The notes below the pieces were generated by a model that saw nothing but the letters and a program-made list of their open reading frames with translations, made no database searches and had not been told where the DNA came from. Source: Acholeplasmataceae bacterium (GTDB lineage: Bacteria > Bacillota_I > Bacilli_A > Acholeplasmatales > Acholeplasmataceae). Taken from it: a stretch of 64,000 nt of DNA. Position numbers and translations under genes: made by a program. This document shows, piece after piece, positions 32,704 to 43,654 of the stretch (positions are counted from its first letter, which is position 1; each line of letters starts with the position of its first letter). The stretch covers positions 256,001 to 320,000 of the forward strand of contig OY763415.1 of the NCBI GenBank assembly GCA_963667565.1, read 5' to 3'.

Positions 32704-34286
32704 TGTATTTAAAACTACTTAAAGTTTATTTAAAAGATTTTTCACTTGACCGTTTATTACAAATCAATGGTAAAAGAGGTAAAAAAATCGCATTAACACT
32801 TGTGCTTATATACGCGCTTATTGTTACCATTGGTGGTTTTGGATTCATGTTTTTTAGTTTAGCAGAAAAGTTAAATGAAGCTAATCAGATGCATATCATC
32901 ATTAGTTTTGTTGCTGTTTATTCACTGATTATTCCGATCATGATGACTTTATTTAGAGCAAGTGGTACACTTTTTTTCTACAAAGATTATGAAATTGTAG
33001 CACCACTTCCTATTCCATCAAGAACTATCTTAGCTGCAAAACTCACCGTGATGATGATATGGATGTATATATCAAATCTTATTTTTATCATTCCGATTTT
33101 GTTCTCATATTTCTATTTTGCTGGTTTTGATTTTATTGCATTAATCATCTATATCGTTTTATCTATTGTTTTTCCAATGGTACCTATCCTTGTCATGTCT
33201 TTTATATCTCTTGCGATTGGATTTATTTCACAAAAATTTAATTTTGGTAAGATTTTACAAATCGTTTTACTATTTGCTGTATTGATTGGTATTATGTATC
33301 TCCAATTTAACATCAATGAAACGACTCAAAATCCACTTTCTGGTCAAATTGATATCATTGCAGGTATCGCTAAGTACTATCCACCGATTCGATGGTTTCA
33401 AGATGCGATTTATGCGCATGATTTACTTAGTTTATTATATGTAGTATCTTCACATTTGGCACTCTTTGTTTTATTTATTTTTGGTGTAAATAAAATTTCA
33501 TCTAATATCAATCAAAGAGGCATGCAAAAACATATCACTAGAAAAGTTAGAATGACTAAAATAGAACAAGGGTCAGTTTTGAAGACACTTATTAGAAAAG
33601 AATTCGCTAAATTTTTTAGTATTCCAATCTATGTTTTAAATGCTGGATTTGGATTAGTGCTTTTAATCATATTATCAGTCGCATCGTTATTCACATCGGA
33701 CTTAACAACCATTTTATCAACCCTAGATTTGATGAATATTGAACCTTTTGTTGCGATTTCTTTAATCATTGGTTTTGTTTTAGCACTTGCATATACACCA
33801 GCTATTTCTCTTTCATTAGAAGGGAAAAACTTATGGGTTATAAAGAGTTTACCAATTAAGGCTGAAACTGTGATGAAGTCAAAGATATATTTTAATATAA
33901 TTTTATTTTATCCAGTGATTGCTTTAAGTATTTTCTTGTTTAGTTTTTCACTCTCAATATCATTTATACAAGTATTATTATTGTTTTTAGTCTCATTTAC
34001 GATGCTTGTATTAATCTCTTAAGCAGATGCGATTATCAACCTTTATTTTCCAAAATTTAATTTTAAAAATGAAGTTGAAATCATTAAGCAAAGCCTAAGT
34101 GCAATCATTGGTATGCTTGCAGGTATGACAGTTGTTTTCATCAATGGTCTAATTTATTACTTTTTAATTAAACATATTTCAGCAGATCTCATCTTTTTAC
34201 TCTTAAGTGTCATGAATATTTTACTCACCATACCTTTTTATGATATGATTAAAAAGAAGTCTGAAGCAATTTTTCAAAAGCTCTAA
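32703..34286 (+). pseudogene. ABC-2 type permease with in-frame TAA at 34020-34022
   Basis: Polytopic, SLEGKNLWVIKSLP motif; frame continues 87 codons after the stop (ADAIINLYFPKFNFKNEVEIIKQS...). Confidence 0.8.
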
Positions 34287-34300
34287 TTAAAGGTGATTAA

Positions 34301-34894
34301 GTGATTATTAAAAGAGAAGAAACAATCATGAATATTTTATCGATTGCATTTGCAATACTCTCAATATTTCATTTTATTGTTTCATTGGGATATCAATCAA
34401 TTCTTTCATGGATATTTTTAGTGGCTTCACTATTGATGTGCTATTTTATGTTTCAATATCAACATCCAAAATCCCATAGAAATATATTGATATTGATTAT
34501 CGCTTATTATTTAGTACATTCAATGTTAACTTTAGAAAGTTTTGTTAGATATCCAATTCCATTTAATAACACATCACAAATTATATTTACGATTGGTCTA
34601 AATCTTGCATGGCTTGTGATTTATCTTTATGTGATGTATCACAAAGAAGATATGGATTCAACTTACGTGTTTTATATTGTCACAGTCGTTTTAATCATAT
34701 TTAAGTCTTTTTCAAATTCGATTAGACTTGTTACATTTGTCAGAGGATATTTATCAGATCCACTTTCAGTGTTGCAGGGATTCCTACTGGTTGTGCTAAC
34801 GATTTTGATGACTTTCATGATGTATATGATGTTTTTAATGTATTTAAATTATACCAATCAAAAACTTGATTTAAAGATAAACAAAAAGGTCTAA
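34301..34894 (+). CDS. Hypothetical polytopic membrane protein
   Basis: About six hydrophobic segments; start 34301 or 34328. Confidence 0.7.
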   Translation: MIIKREETIMNILSIAFAILSIFHFIVSLGYQSILSWIFLVASLLMCYFMFQYQHPKSHRNILILIIAYYLVHSMLTLESFVRYPIPFNNTSQIIFTIGLNLAWLVIYLYVMYHKEDMDSTYVFYIVTVVLIIFKSFSNSIRLVTFVRGYLSDPLSVLQGFLLVVLTILMTFMMYMMFLMYLNYTNQKLDLKINKKV

Positions 34895-34909
34895 AATTAG
34901 ACCTTTTTT
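34883..34909. terminator. Bidirectional terminator
   Basis: AAAAAGGTCTAA-AA-TTAGACCTTTTT between convergent genes. Confidence 0.75.
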
Positions 34910-36606
34910 TATTGTTGATTCATGTAATCTACAACTTCTTTTTGAGTTCTCATACTTAGTGCTTTATGTGCAGTTAATGTAAGTTCTGTGCTGTTTTTTA
35001 ATGAGATTTTTGATTTGATATCAAGAAGCATATGAGGTGAACTTGATAATTCATTGACACCAAGTCCAAGTAAAATCATTGCTGCTTGGGGGTTACTTGC
35101 CATTTCTCCACAAACGCTTGTAGATATCCCTTGCTTATGACCAGCTGTTACAGTCATTTTAATCATGCGTAATATGGATGGATGATAAGGCTGATATAAA
35201 TAGTCAAGTTTTTGATTTAGGCGATCAGTTGCAAGTGTATATTGAATTAAATCATTTGTTCCAATAGAGAAGAAGTCACAAACTTTTGCAAGTTCTTCAG
35301 CAATCATGACTGCAGAAGGAACTTCAATCATAATCCCTACTTGATATTTACCAACTTCATAACCATCTCTTAAAAGTGATGCTTCAATTTCTTTAGTCAG
35401 TGCTTTAGCTTCTAAAAACTCTTCTAATGTTGAAATCATCGGAAACATAATTTTTAAATGACCAAAGCGACTTGCTTTAAGTAATGCTGTTAATTGTGTT
35501 TTAAATAAATTCTTCTGATCAAGAAGTAATCTAATACCTCTAAACCCAAGTGCTGGATTACTTTCTAAATCATGTTTAAAGTAAGGAAGTGGTTTATCAC
35601 CACCGATATCTAGTGTTCTAATGGTTACAGGTTTATCTTTAAATGCAAGTAAAATATCTTTATATGCTTCAAATTGTTCTTCTAATGTTGGCATTTTTAT
35701 ATGATCTAAAAATAGAAGTTCAGTTCTAAATAAACCAACACCATCACTTGATAAATCACTGATATATTTTAAGTCAACAAGTGAACCTAAATTGACTAAC
35801 AATTTAAATGTTTTACCATCTTTAGAAGTCAGTGGTTTTTGATTAAAAGACTTAAGTGCGATTTGATTTTCATTAAATGCTTCAATCTTTTCTTTATATA
35901 TATTTAAAGTTTTTTCATCAGGATTTAAAAAGAGTTCGCCAGTAAAACCATCTAAAATTGCAAGCTCTTGATCATTGACTTTTTTAAGTATAGATTTTAT
36001 CCCTAAAATAGCAGGGATGTTTAATAATTTAGCAACAATTGCGCTGTGAGAAGTAGGTCCACCAACTTCGCTAATAAATCCTTTAATGTATTTTGGATCT
36101 AATTGTGTCGCTTGTGTCGGTGTTAATTCATGTGTAGCAAGAATCACTTCATGATCAATTTTTGCAAAATCGAAAATAGGAAGATCAAGTGCATTTTTCA
36201 TGATTCTTGATGAAACATCTTTTAAATCAATTAAGCGTGATTTTAAATATTCATCATCGATTTGATTAAATATTTCAACATATTCATTTGATACAGTTGA
36301 GAGTGCATAAGTTAAATTATAATTTTGTTCTGTAATCAATTTTTTAACTTTACCAACAACATCAACATCTTGTGCGATCTCGATATGTGCATCAAATAAC
36401 TTGAGCATATTATCATCAAATTTATTTTTATATTTTGTTTTCAATTCATTAAGTTGCTCTATACTTTTTAGAATTGCTTGTTCATATTTTTGAATTTCTT
36501 TTTCTGGATTTTTAATTAACGTTGGTAGTACATTGATTTTGTAATCCTCAAATTTTAATATTTGAGCAACTGCATAACCTTCACTAACCCCAATACCTTT
36601 TAACAT
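34909..36606 (-). CDS. ptsI: PTS enzyme I
   Basis: GGPTSHSAI (phospho-His), GVGLFRTE, RTLDIGGDK, FSIGTNDLIQY, VCGEMA. Confidence 0.97.
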   Translation of the reverse strand: MLKGIGVSEGYAVAQILKFEDYKINVLPTLIKNPEKEIQKYEQAILKSIEQLNELKTKYKNKFDDNMLKLFDAHIEIAQDVDVVGKVKKLITEQNYNLTYALSTVSNEYVEIFNQIDDEYLKSRLIDLKDVSSRIMKNALDLPIFDFAKIDHEVILATHELTPTQATQLDPKYIKGFISEVGGPTSHSAIVAKLLNIPAILGIKSILKKVNDQELAILDGFTGELFLNPDEKTLNIYKEKIEAFNENQIALKSFNQKPLTSKDGKTFKLLVNLGSLVDLKYISDLSSDGVGLFRTELLFLDHIKMPTLEEQFEAYKDILLAFKDKPVTIRTLDIGGDKPLPYFKHDLESNPALGFRGIRLLLDQKNLFKTQLTALLKASRFGHLKIMFPMISTLEEFLEAKALTKEIEASLLRDGYEVGKYQVGIMIEVPSAVMIAEELAKVCDFFSIGTNDLIQYTLATDRLNQKLDYLYQPYHPSILRMIKMTVTAGHKQGISTSVCGEMASNPQAAMILLGLGVNELSSSPHMLLDIKSKISLKNSTELTLTAHKALSMRTQKEVVDYMNQQ

Positions 36607-36736
36607 CGTATCACTCCTTGCTCTTATATTGTATCATTTTTTATAAAACAATTTTGAAAAAATATATATGTAAGTGTTATCATTTATAATGATAAAACTG
36701 AATGTTTTTGTTATAATAGTTTTGAGGTGAAACGAT

Positions 36737-37735
36737 ATGCTTACATATGATGAATTAAAAGCGCGTTTGGGTAAAGTCATAGACCCAGGATTTGATAAAC
36801 CACTTGCTGATGTTAGAGGATTAAAAAAACTCGTTATTGGACCAACTGGTGTTGTTGAATTAGAGATTTATATTAAAAACAAAGCGCAAAACGAACAAAA
36901 ATTAAAGATTGAAATTATTAGACTTGTCAAAGTTGAAGCTGGATTCCCAGGAATTAAAATTGACTTCTTTGAAAGTGAATTTTTAGAAGAAGGGGAAAGA
37001 CCTATTCAATATTTAGCGATTGCTTCAGGTAAAGGTGGCGTTGGTAAATCAACAGTTACTGCAAATTTAGCTGCTGCATTACTTAGACAAGGTAAAAAAG
37101 TTGGTATTATTGATGCAGATATTTATGGCGCAAGTATTCCAAGTGTTTTACAATTACCGATTAAACCCTTATCAGCAACTGCTGATGAAATGATGATTCC
37201 ACTTTCTAAAGATGGTATTGAAGTTATTTCAACTGAGTTTTTTATGCCATCTGATAAACCAATCATGTGGCGTGGCCCAATGCTTGGGAAAATGTTAGTC
37301 CATTTCTTTAATGGAACTAAATGGCAAGAACATATTGATATTATTTTAATTGACTTACCTCCAGGAACTGGTGATGTTGCATTAGATGTTAAGACTTATG
37401 TTCCAAAGAGCAAGGTTTTAGTTGTTACAACACCACACGTGAATGCTGCTCATGTTGCAGTTAAAGCAGGATTTGGGGCTCAAAACATCGGTCATGAAGT
37501 GATTGGTGTGGTTGAAAATATGAGTTATTATATGAATACATGTAATCAAACAAGAGAATTTATTTTTGGTGAAGGTGGCGGAGAAACTGTTGCTAGAAAA
37601 CTAGGTGTTCCAGTGATGGGTCAAATCCCTATTGGACAACCACTAGATAAGAGTTTTATGTTTACAGGTAGCGAACCTATTGGTAAAGCATATGATGAGA
37701 TTGCAGTTAAAGTCATTAAAGAATTAGAATTATAA
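36737..37735 (+). CDS. Mrp/NBP35 (SalA-like) P-loop ATPase
   Basis: ASGKGGVGKST, DADIYG, WRGPML, DLPPGTGD, VENMS. Confidence 0.92.
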   Translation: MLTYDELKARLGKVIDPGFDKPLADVRGLKKLVIGPTGVVELEIYIKNKAQNEQKLKIEIIRLVKVEAGFPGIKIDFFESEFLEEGERPIQYLAIASGKGGVGKSTVTANLAAALLRQGKKVGIIDADIYGASIPSVLQLPIKPLSATADEMMIPLSKDGIEVISTEFFMPSDKPIMWRGPMLGKMLVHFFNGTKWQEHIDIILIDLPPGTGDVALDVKTYVPKSKVLVVTTPHVNAAHVAVKAGFGAQNIGHEVIGVVENMSYYMNTCNQTREFIFGEGGGETVARKLGVPVMGQIPIGQPLDKSFMFTGSEPIGKAYDEIAVKVIKELEL

Positions 37736-37828
37736 AAAATGATGATGGAATTTTCCATCATTTTTTTATATGAACTTGTCTAAAATCAAATTCATATGTA
37801 TAATATAATAAAAAAGTTGGGGGATTTT

Positions 37829-38500
37829 ATGGATATTATTAACAAGAAATTAATACTTGTTTCACTCATCTATATGTTGATTATTTCAGCAGTCATTGAA
37901 ATCTTATCACATGCTCAATTATCTTATCAAAAGCCAGACGTAGCATTACTCGTGATTGGTTTTGTAGTCGCAATCTTGAATTTATTTAATATTCTATTTT
38001 ATAAAAAATTAAAGAAAAGCGAATTTATATACCTATTACTTATCATCAATGCAATATCCGTTGGGTTTTCATATGCTGCAATTTATGTCCATTTTGAGAT
38101 GCTTAATGATCCTTTATATTATATTTATGCAACTTTGATTAATATCACATTTCTATCTTTAATGATGGTATTAAAGCTTAAAGGCATTAGATATATTTTT
38201 AGGTTTATATTTGGTTTTATCTTTATAGGTTTACTAGTTCTGATTTCATTTTTAATGAGCAATGGTTTGTTTTTATTGTATGCAATCATCATTGTTTTAT
38301 TTAATTTTGCAGATAATAATATTGAAAGTGAAAAAGATTTCATCAAAGAAACAACCACTGCTAGTTTTGTTATAGCGTTAGTTGCCTTTATTGTCGCACT
38401 GATCATCATCTCTCAATCAGGTGATGGGCTTGATTTTTTTAGTGGAACAACACCTGGTGGTGATCGTTATCCATATAAGCAGCGAAAATTAAATGTATAA
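37829..38500 (+). CDS. Hypothetical polytopic membrane protein
   Basis: Multiple hydrophobic segments; GGGGGA RBS before ATG 37829. Confidence 0.7.
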   Translation: MDIINKKLILVSLIYMLIISAVIEILSHAQLSYQKPDVALLVIGFVVAILNLFNILFYKKLKKSEFIYLLLIINAISVGFSYAAIYVHFEMLNDPLYYIYATLINITFLSLMMVLKLKGIRYIFRFIFGFIFIGLLVLISFLMSNGLFLLYAIIIVLFNFADNNIESEKDFIKETTTASFVIALVAFIVALIIISQSGDGLDFFSGTTPGGDRYPYKQRKLNV

Positions 38501-38535
38501 AAAACACCTCCATATATAGTGTGGAGGTGTTTTAT
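38499..38535. terminator. Bidirectional terminator
   Basis: AAAAACACCTCCA...TGGAGGTGTTTT. Confidence 0.8.
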
Positions 38536-39981
38536 TTATTTAATATCTTTAAATTTTAAAATAGGTTGTCTCGCAGCTTTAACTTCATCTAATCGTCTTA
38601 CAACTGTGTGATGTGGAGCTGTTTTAACAAGTTCTGGATCTTCAATGGACTCATTGGCTACTTTTCGCATGATTTCAATAAAGCCATCTAGTGTTTCTTT
38701 AGACTCTGATTCTGTAGGCTCAATCATCATGGATTGATGGAATATGAGTGGGAAATAAATTGTAGGTGCATGATATCCATAATCGAGTAATCTTTTAGCG
38801 ATATCAAGTGTTTTAACACCTGTTGATTGATCTTTTAATCCATCAAAGACAAATTCATGCATCGCAAATTGATCAATCGGAAGTTCAAATAAATCTTTGA
38901 GTGATGCTTGGACATAGTTTGCATTTAAAACTGCATATGATCCAATATCCTTAAGATTTTCTCTACCTAAACTCATGATAAAGACATAAGCTCTTAAATA
39001 AACAAGTGTATTTCCATAAAATGACCCTAAGTGACCGATGCTGTCTTTAGGATTTTTTAATACATAGAGATCATTTTCTTTTTGTACAAATGGTGATGGA
39101 AGAAATTCAACTAAAGATTCACATACACCAACAGGACCTGAACCAGGACCACCACCACCATGTGGTGTAGAAAATGTCTTATGTAAATTTAGATGTGTAA
39201 TATCAAAACCCATGTCGCCAGGTCTTGCATGTCCTAATAGTGCATTTAAGTTTGCACCATCATAATATAGTAGACCACCTGCTTCATGAACTAGACTTGA
39301 AATTTTAACGATATCTTTTTCGAATACACCAGCAGTGTTAGGATTTGTTAACATTAATCCAGCTACTTCATCACTTAAGACTTCTTTAAGAGCATCAAGA
39401 TTAACGGTTCCATCTGCATTGGACTGGATTTCAACGACATCAAAGCCACAAACAGTTGCACTTGCAGGATTGGTTCCATGTGCACTATCAGGGACAATGA
39501 TAATATGTCTTTTATCATCCTTACGTTTTTGGTGATAAGCTTTTATAATCATTAATCCAGCAAGTTCACCATGTGCACCAGCAAATGTATTTAATGAGTA
39601 TGCTTTCATACCAGTGATTTCTGATAACATCCTTTGAAGATCATCATAAATTTTTAGTAAACCTTGAATAGAAGAAGCTGGTTGAAGTGGATGAATATGC
39701 GCAAAACCTGAAAGGTTTGCGAGTTCATCATTTAATTTAGGGTTATACTTCATTGTACAAGAGCCTAAAGGATAAAAACCATTTTCCACTCCAAAGTTTT
39801 TTTGACTAACATTTGTAAAATGTCTAACAACATCTAATTCTGAAACTTCAGGAAGGTCTGCATCATTTGATCTAAGTAAATGTTTTGGTAGTGATACATC
39901 TTCAAGATTTGAAGTTTCCATATGATATCCTACTCTACCTTTTGAAGATAGATTAAAAATCAGTGTGTCATAAGCTTTCAT
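38536..39981 (-). CDS. gcvPB: Glycine dehydrogenase subunit 2
   Basis: YPLGSCTMKYNP, SAHGTNPASA, HLNLHKTFSTPHGGGGPG. Confidence 0.97.
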   Translation of the reverse strand: MKAYDTLIFNLSSKGRVGYHMETSNLEDVSLPKHLLRSNDADLPEVSELDVVRHFTNVSQKNFGVENGFYPLGSCTMKYNPKLNDELANLSGFAHIHPLQPASSIQGLLKIYDDLQRMLSEITGMKAYSLNTFAGAHGELAGLMIIKAYHQKRKDDKRHIIIVPDSAHGTNPASATVCGFDVVEIQSNADGTVNLDALKEVLSDEVAGLMLTNPNTAGVFEKDIVKISSLVHEAGGLLYYDGANLNALLGHARPGDMGFDITHLNLHKTFSTPHGGGGPGSGPVGVCESLVEFLPSPFVQKENDLYVLKNPKDSIGHLGSFYGNTLVYLRAYVFIMSLGRENLKDIGSYAVLNANYVQASLKDLFELPIDQFAMHEFVFDGLKDQSTGVKTLDIAKRLLDYGYHAPTIYFPLIFHQSMMIEPTESESKETLDGFIEIMRKVANESIEDPELVKTAPHHTVVRRLDEVKAARQPILKFKDIK

Positions 39982-41290
39982 GATATGCCACCACCTTTTC
40001 AACAAGTAGATTGATTTCTTCTAATGTTCGCTTTTCAGTAACTGCAAATAAAAGAAGGTTATCTTTAATAACAAGCGGTCCCAAAATGTCTTCTTTAACT
40101 AAATAATCTTCTAATAGAGAAATATCAAATAATGGTTTTAAAACAAACTCATTAAAATAAGGTTGATCATAAACTTTTTCAAACAACTTAGTTTCTAGTA
40201 ATAATTGCTCTAATTTATGTGCTTTTTTAAATGCTTCAGTGGCTAATTGCTTAAACCCTTGTTTACCAAGAAGTGATAAATAGATAGTTACTGATAATGC
40301 AAGAAGTGACTGATTTGAACAAATATTTGAATTTGCTTTTGCACGTCTAATGTGTTGTTCTCTTGCTTGAAGTGTAAGAACAAAAGCTTTTTTACCATCA
40401 ACATCTGTGGTCATACCACAAATGCGGCCTGGCATTTTTCTCACATATGCATTTTTAGTAGCTAAATAACCTAAATATGGACCTCCAAAACTCATTGGAA
40501 TCCCTAATGCTTGAAGCTCACCACAAGCAATATCTGCATCATATTCTCTTGCATTTTTAATGAGTGCTAGAGACTGACCTTCTTGATTGATGATCAAAAG
40601 TCCTTTGTGTTCATGAATGATATCAGATACACCATGGTAATCTTCGATAATACCATAATAATTTGGAGTAGATACAATTAAACCCATGGTATCAGCTGCA
40701 TTTTCTTTAACAAATTCAATATCAGTAATCCCTTGTTTTTCAGGAACAATTACAACTTCAATGTTTCTATATTTAGCATAAGTTAAAACAACCTCAATCA
40801 CATGAGGGTTAAGGGTTGCTGAGATTAAAATTTTATTTTTTCTTGTTTGACCATAAGCCATGAACATTGCTTCAGCAGTTGCAGTTGCACCATCATACAT
40901 GGATGCATTGGATACATCCATACCCGTAAGTTCACAAATCATGGATTGATATTCAAAAATATAATGAAGTGTCCCTTGAGAAACTTCAGGTTGATAAGGT
41001 GTATATGATGTTAAAAATTCTTGTCTTGAAATCAAAGATTTCACAGCACTTGGAATATAGTTATCATAACTACCAGCACCTCTAAAAACAATAAGTTCTT
41101 TATTTTTAGAAGCTAATTCTTGCATATGTTTGGTTAATGTCCTATCTGACATCTGTGATGGAATTTGATAAGGTTTAGAGTTTTTTAGTGATTGTGGTAT
41201 TTGACCAAAGAGTTCATCTATAGAAGAAGCACCAATCACTTTAAGCATTTCTTCGATGTTTTCTTTGGTATGAGGTAGATATTTATGCAT
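39968..41290 (-). CDS. gcvPA: Glycine dehydrogenase subunit 1
   Basis: YTPYQPEVSQG, NASMYDG, LQAREQHIRRAKANSNICSN. Confidence 0.97.
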   Translation of the reverse strand: MHKYLPHTKENIEEMLKVIGASSIDELFGQIPQSLKNSKPYQIPSQMSDRTLTKHMQELASKNKELIVFRGAGSYDNYIPSAVKSLISRQEFLTSYTPYQPEVSQGTLHYIFEYQSMICELTGMDVSNASMYDGATATAEAMFMAYGQTRKNKILISATLNPHVIEVVLTYAKYRNIEVVIVPEKQGITDIEFVKENAADTMGLIVSTPNYYGIIEDYHGVSDIIHEHKGLLIINQEGQSLALIKNAREYDADIACGELQALGIPMSFGGPYLGYLATKNAYVRKMPGRICGMTTDVDGKKAFVLTLQAREQHIRRAKANSNICSNQSLLALSVTIYLSLLGKQGFKQLATEAFKKAHKLEQLLLETKLFEKVYDQPYFNEFVLKPLFDISLLEDYLVKEDILGPLVIKDNLLLFAVTEKRTLEEINLLVEKVVAYHESL

Positions 41291-41661
41291 TATTTACAAC
41301 AAGCTTCGTACTTGTCATCTTTAAGCAAATTTTCTAATTCCTTATCATCTAATAATTCTACTTTCAAAATCCAATTTTGATATGGATCTTCATTTAGAAG
41401 TTCAGGAGAACTGGTTAATTGGTCATTGACTTCTAAAACTTTAAAACTAACAGGTGCATATAAGTCAGAAGCAGCTTTGACAGATTCAACAGCACCAAAA
41501 ATTTCTTCTTTTTTAAATAGATCACCTTGATTTGGCAAATCAACAAATACAATCGAACCTAAAGTTTCTTGAGCATAGTCTGAAATACCGACAAAAGCAA
41601 CACTACCTTCAGGTTGAACCCATTCATGAGTTTCACTGTAGAGTAAACCATGTTTAATCAT
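41290..41661 (-). CDS. gcvH: Glycine cleavage H protein
   Basis: HEWV, GISDYAQ, VESVKAASD lipoyl-Lys. Confidence 0.97.
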   Translation of the reverse strand: MIKHGLLYSETHEWVQPEGSVAFVGISDYAQETLGSIVFVDLPNQGDLFKKEEIFGAVESVKAASDLYAPVSFKVLEVNDQLTSSPELLNEDPYQNWILKVELLDDKELENLLKDDKYEACCK

Positions 41662-41673
41662 TATATAATCCTC

Positions 41674-42744
41674 CTATTTAACGTAATTCTTCATTAAGAA
41701 TTTCCGATTTCTAACTTTAGCTTTAACTTTTTTATTTCTAATCTCAACATAAACTTCATTTTCTAATGCACTTTGATCTTGATCAATAAGCGCAATTGCT
41801 AATGGAATATCTGATTCTGGAAGAAGATATCCAGTTGTAATATATCCTATTTCTTTGTCATCTTTAAACACTTTATAACCTTGTCTAGGAATATTTCTTT
41901 CTAGTAATTCAATACCAACAAGTTTTTTCGTAAGTGTTTCTTGTTTTTTGATGAGTTGTTCTTTCCCATTAAATGATTTATCAAGTTTAACTGCAAATTT
42001 TAACCCTGAAACATAAGGATGAATATCCATATCAATTTCATGTCCGTAAAGTGGAAGGTTTGCTTGAAATCTTAGGGTATCTCTAGCACCTAAACCACAA
42101 GGTGTTGCGCCTAAGCTTAGAGCTTGATCCCATATAGATTTAATATCTTCATTAGACGCATAAATTTCAAATCCATCTTCACCAGTATAACCAGTTCTTG
42201 AAATGATTACACCAGATTTTTGATAAGGTAATTGCATAAAATGCATAAATTTTAAATTTTTGATTTCGTCATTAAAGATGTTAGCAACAACATGTTCAGC
42301 TAAGGGACCTTGGATGGCTACCTCACTCCACTCATCTGATAAATTTCTTATATTGACTAAACCATGGTTTTGACTTGAAATCCAGTCAAAATCTTTTTCA
42401 ATATTTGATGCATTGACGACTAAAACAAAGTCATTAGGGCTTAATGTATATACAAGTAGATCATCTAATATTTCACCATCATGATTCAGTAATAATCCGT
42501 ATGTGACTTTTTTAGTTTCATCTGTGATCATGTTTGTAACTAATTGGTTGACAAATGAGCGTGCTTGCTCACCCTCAATATAAAATTCTCCCATATGCGA
42601 TACATCAAAAATACCTACTTGATGTCTCACAGCTAAATGCTCTTTACTGATGTCTTGATAATAGAGTGGCATTTCATATCCTGCAAAAGGTGTGATTTTT
42701 GCATTTAACTTTTGATGAGCTTCAAATAGTGGCGTTTGTTTCAT
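41674..42744 (-). CDS. gcvT: Glycine cleavage aminomethyltransferase
   Basis: FDVSHMGE, SRTGYTGEDGFEI, GLGARDTLR. Confidence 0.97.
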   Translation of the reverse strand: MKQTPLFEAHQKLNAKITPFAGYEMPLYYQDISKEHLAVRHQVGIFDVSHMGEFYIEGEQARSFVNQLVTNMITDETKKVTYGLLLNHDGEILDDLLVYTLSPNDFVLVVNASNIEKDFDWISSQNHGLVNIRNLSDEWSEVAIQGPLAEHVVANIFNDEIKNLKFMHFMQLPYQKSGVIISRTGYTGEDGFEIYASNEDIKSIWDQALSLGATPCGLGARDTLRFQANLPLYGHEIDMDIHPYVSGLKFAVKLDKSFNGKEQLIKKQETLTKKLVGIELLERNIPRQGYKVFKDDKEIGYITTGYLLPESDIPLAIALIDQDQSALENEVYVEIRNKKVKAKVRNRKFLMKNYVK

Positions 42745-42856
42745 GATTTCACCTCTTAATTTTGTAATTTAATTATACAATATTAAATGAAATTTAAACA
42801 TAGTTTAACACCAAAAATCATATCTCATGTATAATTAATTTAAAGGGAGTGATTCT

Positions 42857-43654
42857 ATGTTAATCAATGATACAATATTTTTTGTTAAAAATCATGAAGT
42901 TGAAGCACCAAAAGCAACCGTTATTTTAACTCACGGTATCGCAGAACATTCTGGACGTTACGAAAAATTAGTGGATGCACTTAATGCTCAATCATATCGC
43001 GTCGTCAGATATGACTTAAGAGGTCACGGTCAAACAGAAGGACCTAAAGGGAAACTTAAAAGTTATAAACAACCCATTGAAGACCTACATCAAATAGTTC
43101 AAATTGTAAAAGGTGAGTTTAATTTACCAGTCTATCTTTTTGGACATAGCATGGGTGGTTTAATCGTTGATATGTATGGGGTGACATACCATGATGTTGA
43201 TGGTATTATTTCATCTGCAGCAGCAAGTTATTATGTGAAAGATGTTGTTCCATTTAAAGTGATTGGTTATAAATGGTTAAGCTTTGTAAAACTAAAAACT
43301 AATTTTGCTGACCATAAATTATCAAGTATTAGAGAAGTTGAAGAAAGATATATCGAAGATCCACTCAACTTGAAATATTATTATATTTCTCTTGCTGGAG
43401 GTATGATGCTTGGTGGCGTAAGATACTTAAACAAACATCTAAAGTCTTTTAATACTCCAATCTATATCTTACATGGTGGTAAAGATGAGATTGTTCCTAA
43501 AGCATTCTCACAAAGATTTTATGATTTAATCGAAGTAAAAGATAAAGATATTAAATTTTATAACCAATCTCTACATGAGATTTTAAATGATATTGAACAA
43601 GAACAGGTCAGAGCTGACATTGTAGCTTGGTTAGATAAGAGAGTAAAGAAATGA
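42857..43654 (+). CDS. Alpha/beta hydrolase (lysophospholipase/monoacylglycerol lipase-like)
   Basis: HGIAEHSGRY, DLRGHG, GHSMGG, HEILN. Confidence 0.9.
   Translation: MLINDTIFFVKNHEVEAPKATVILTHGIAEHSGRYEKLVDALNAQSYRVVRYDLRGHGQTEGPKGKLKSYKQPIEDLHQIVQIVKGEFNLPVYLFGHSMGGLIVDMYGVTYHDVDGIISSAAASYYVKDVVPFKVIGYKWLSFVKLKTNFADHKLSSIREVEERYIEDPLNLKYYYISLAGGMMLGGVRYLNKHLKSFNTPIYILHGGKDEIVPKAFSQRFYDLIEVKDKDIKFYNQSLHEILNDIEQEQVRADIVAWLDKRVKK

Noticed and set aside
8773..34022. Stop-codon reassignment (TAA read as sense) to explain the in-frame stops
   Set aside because: TAA ends most intact housekeeping genes here, and no suppressor tRNA is visible.
42745..42856. Glycine riboswitch upstream of gcvT
   Set aside because: The gap is only about 110 nt, AT-rich, shared with a divergent promoter, and shows no aptamer motifs.
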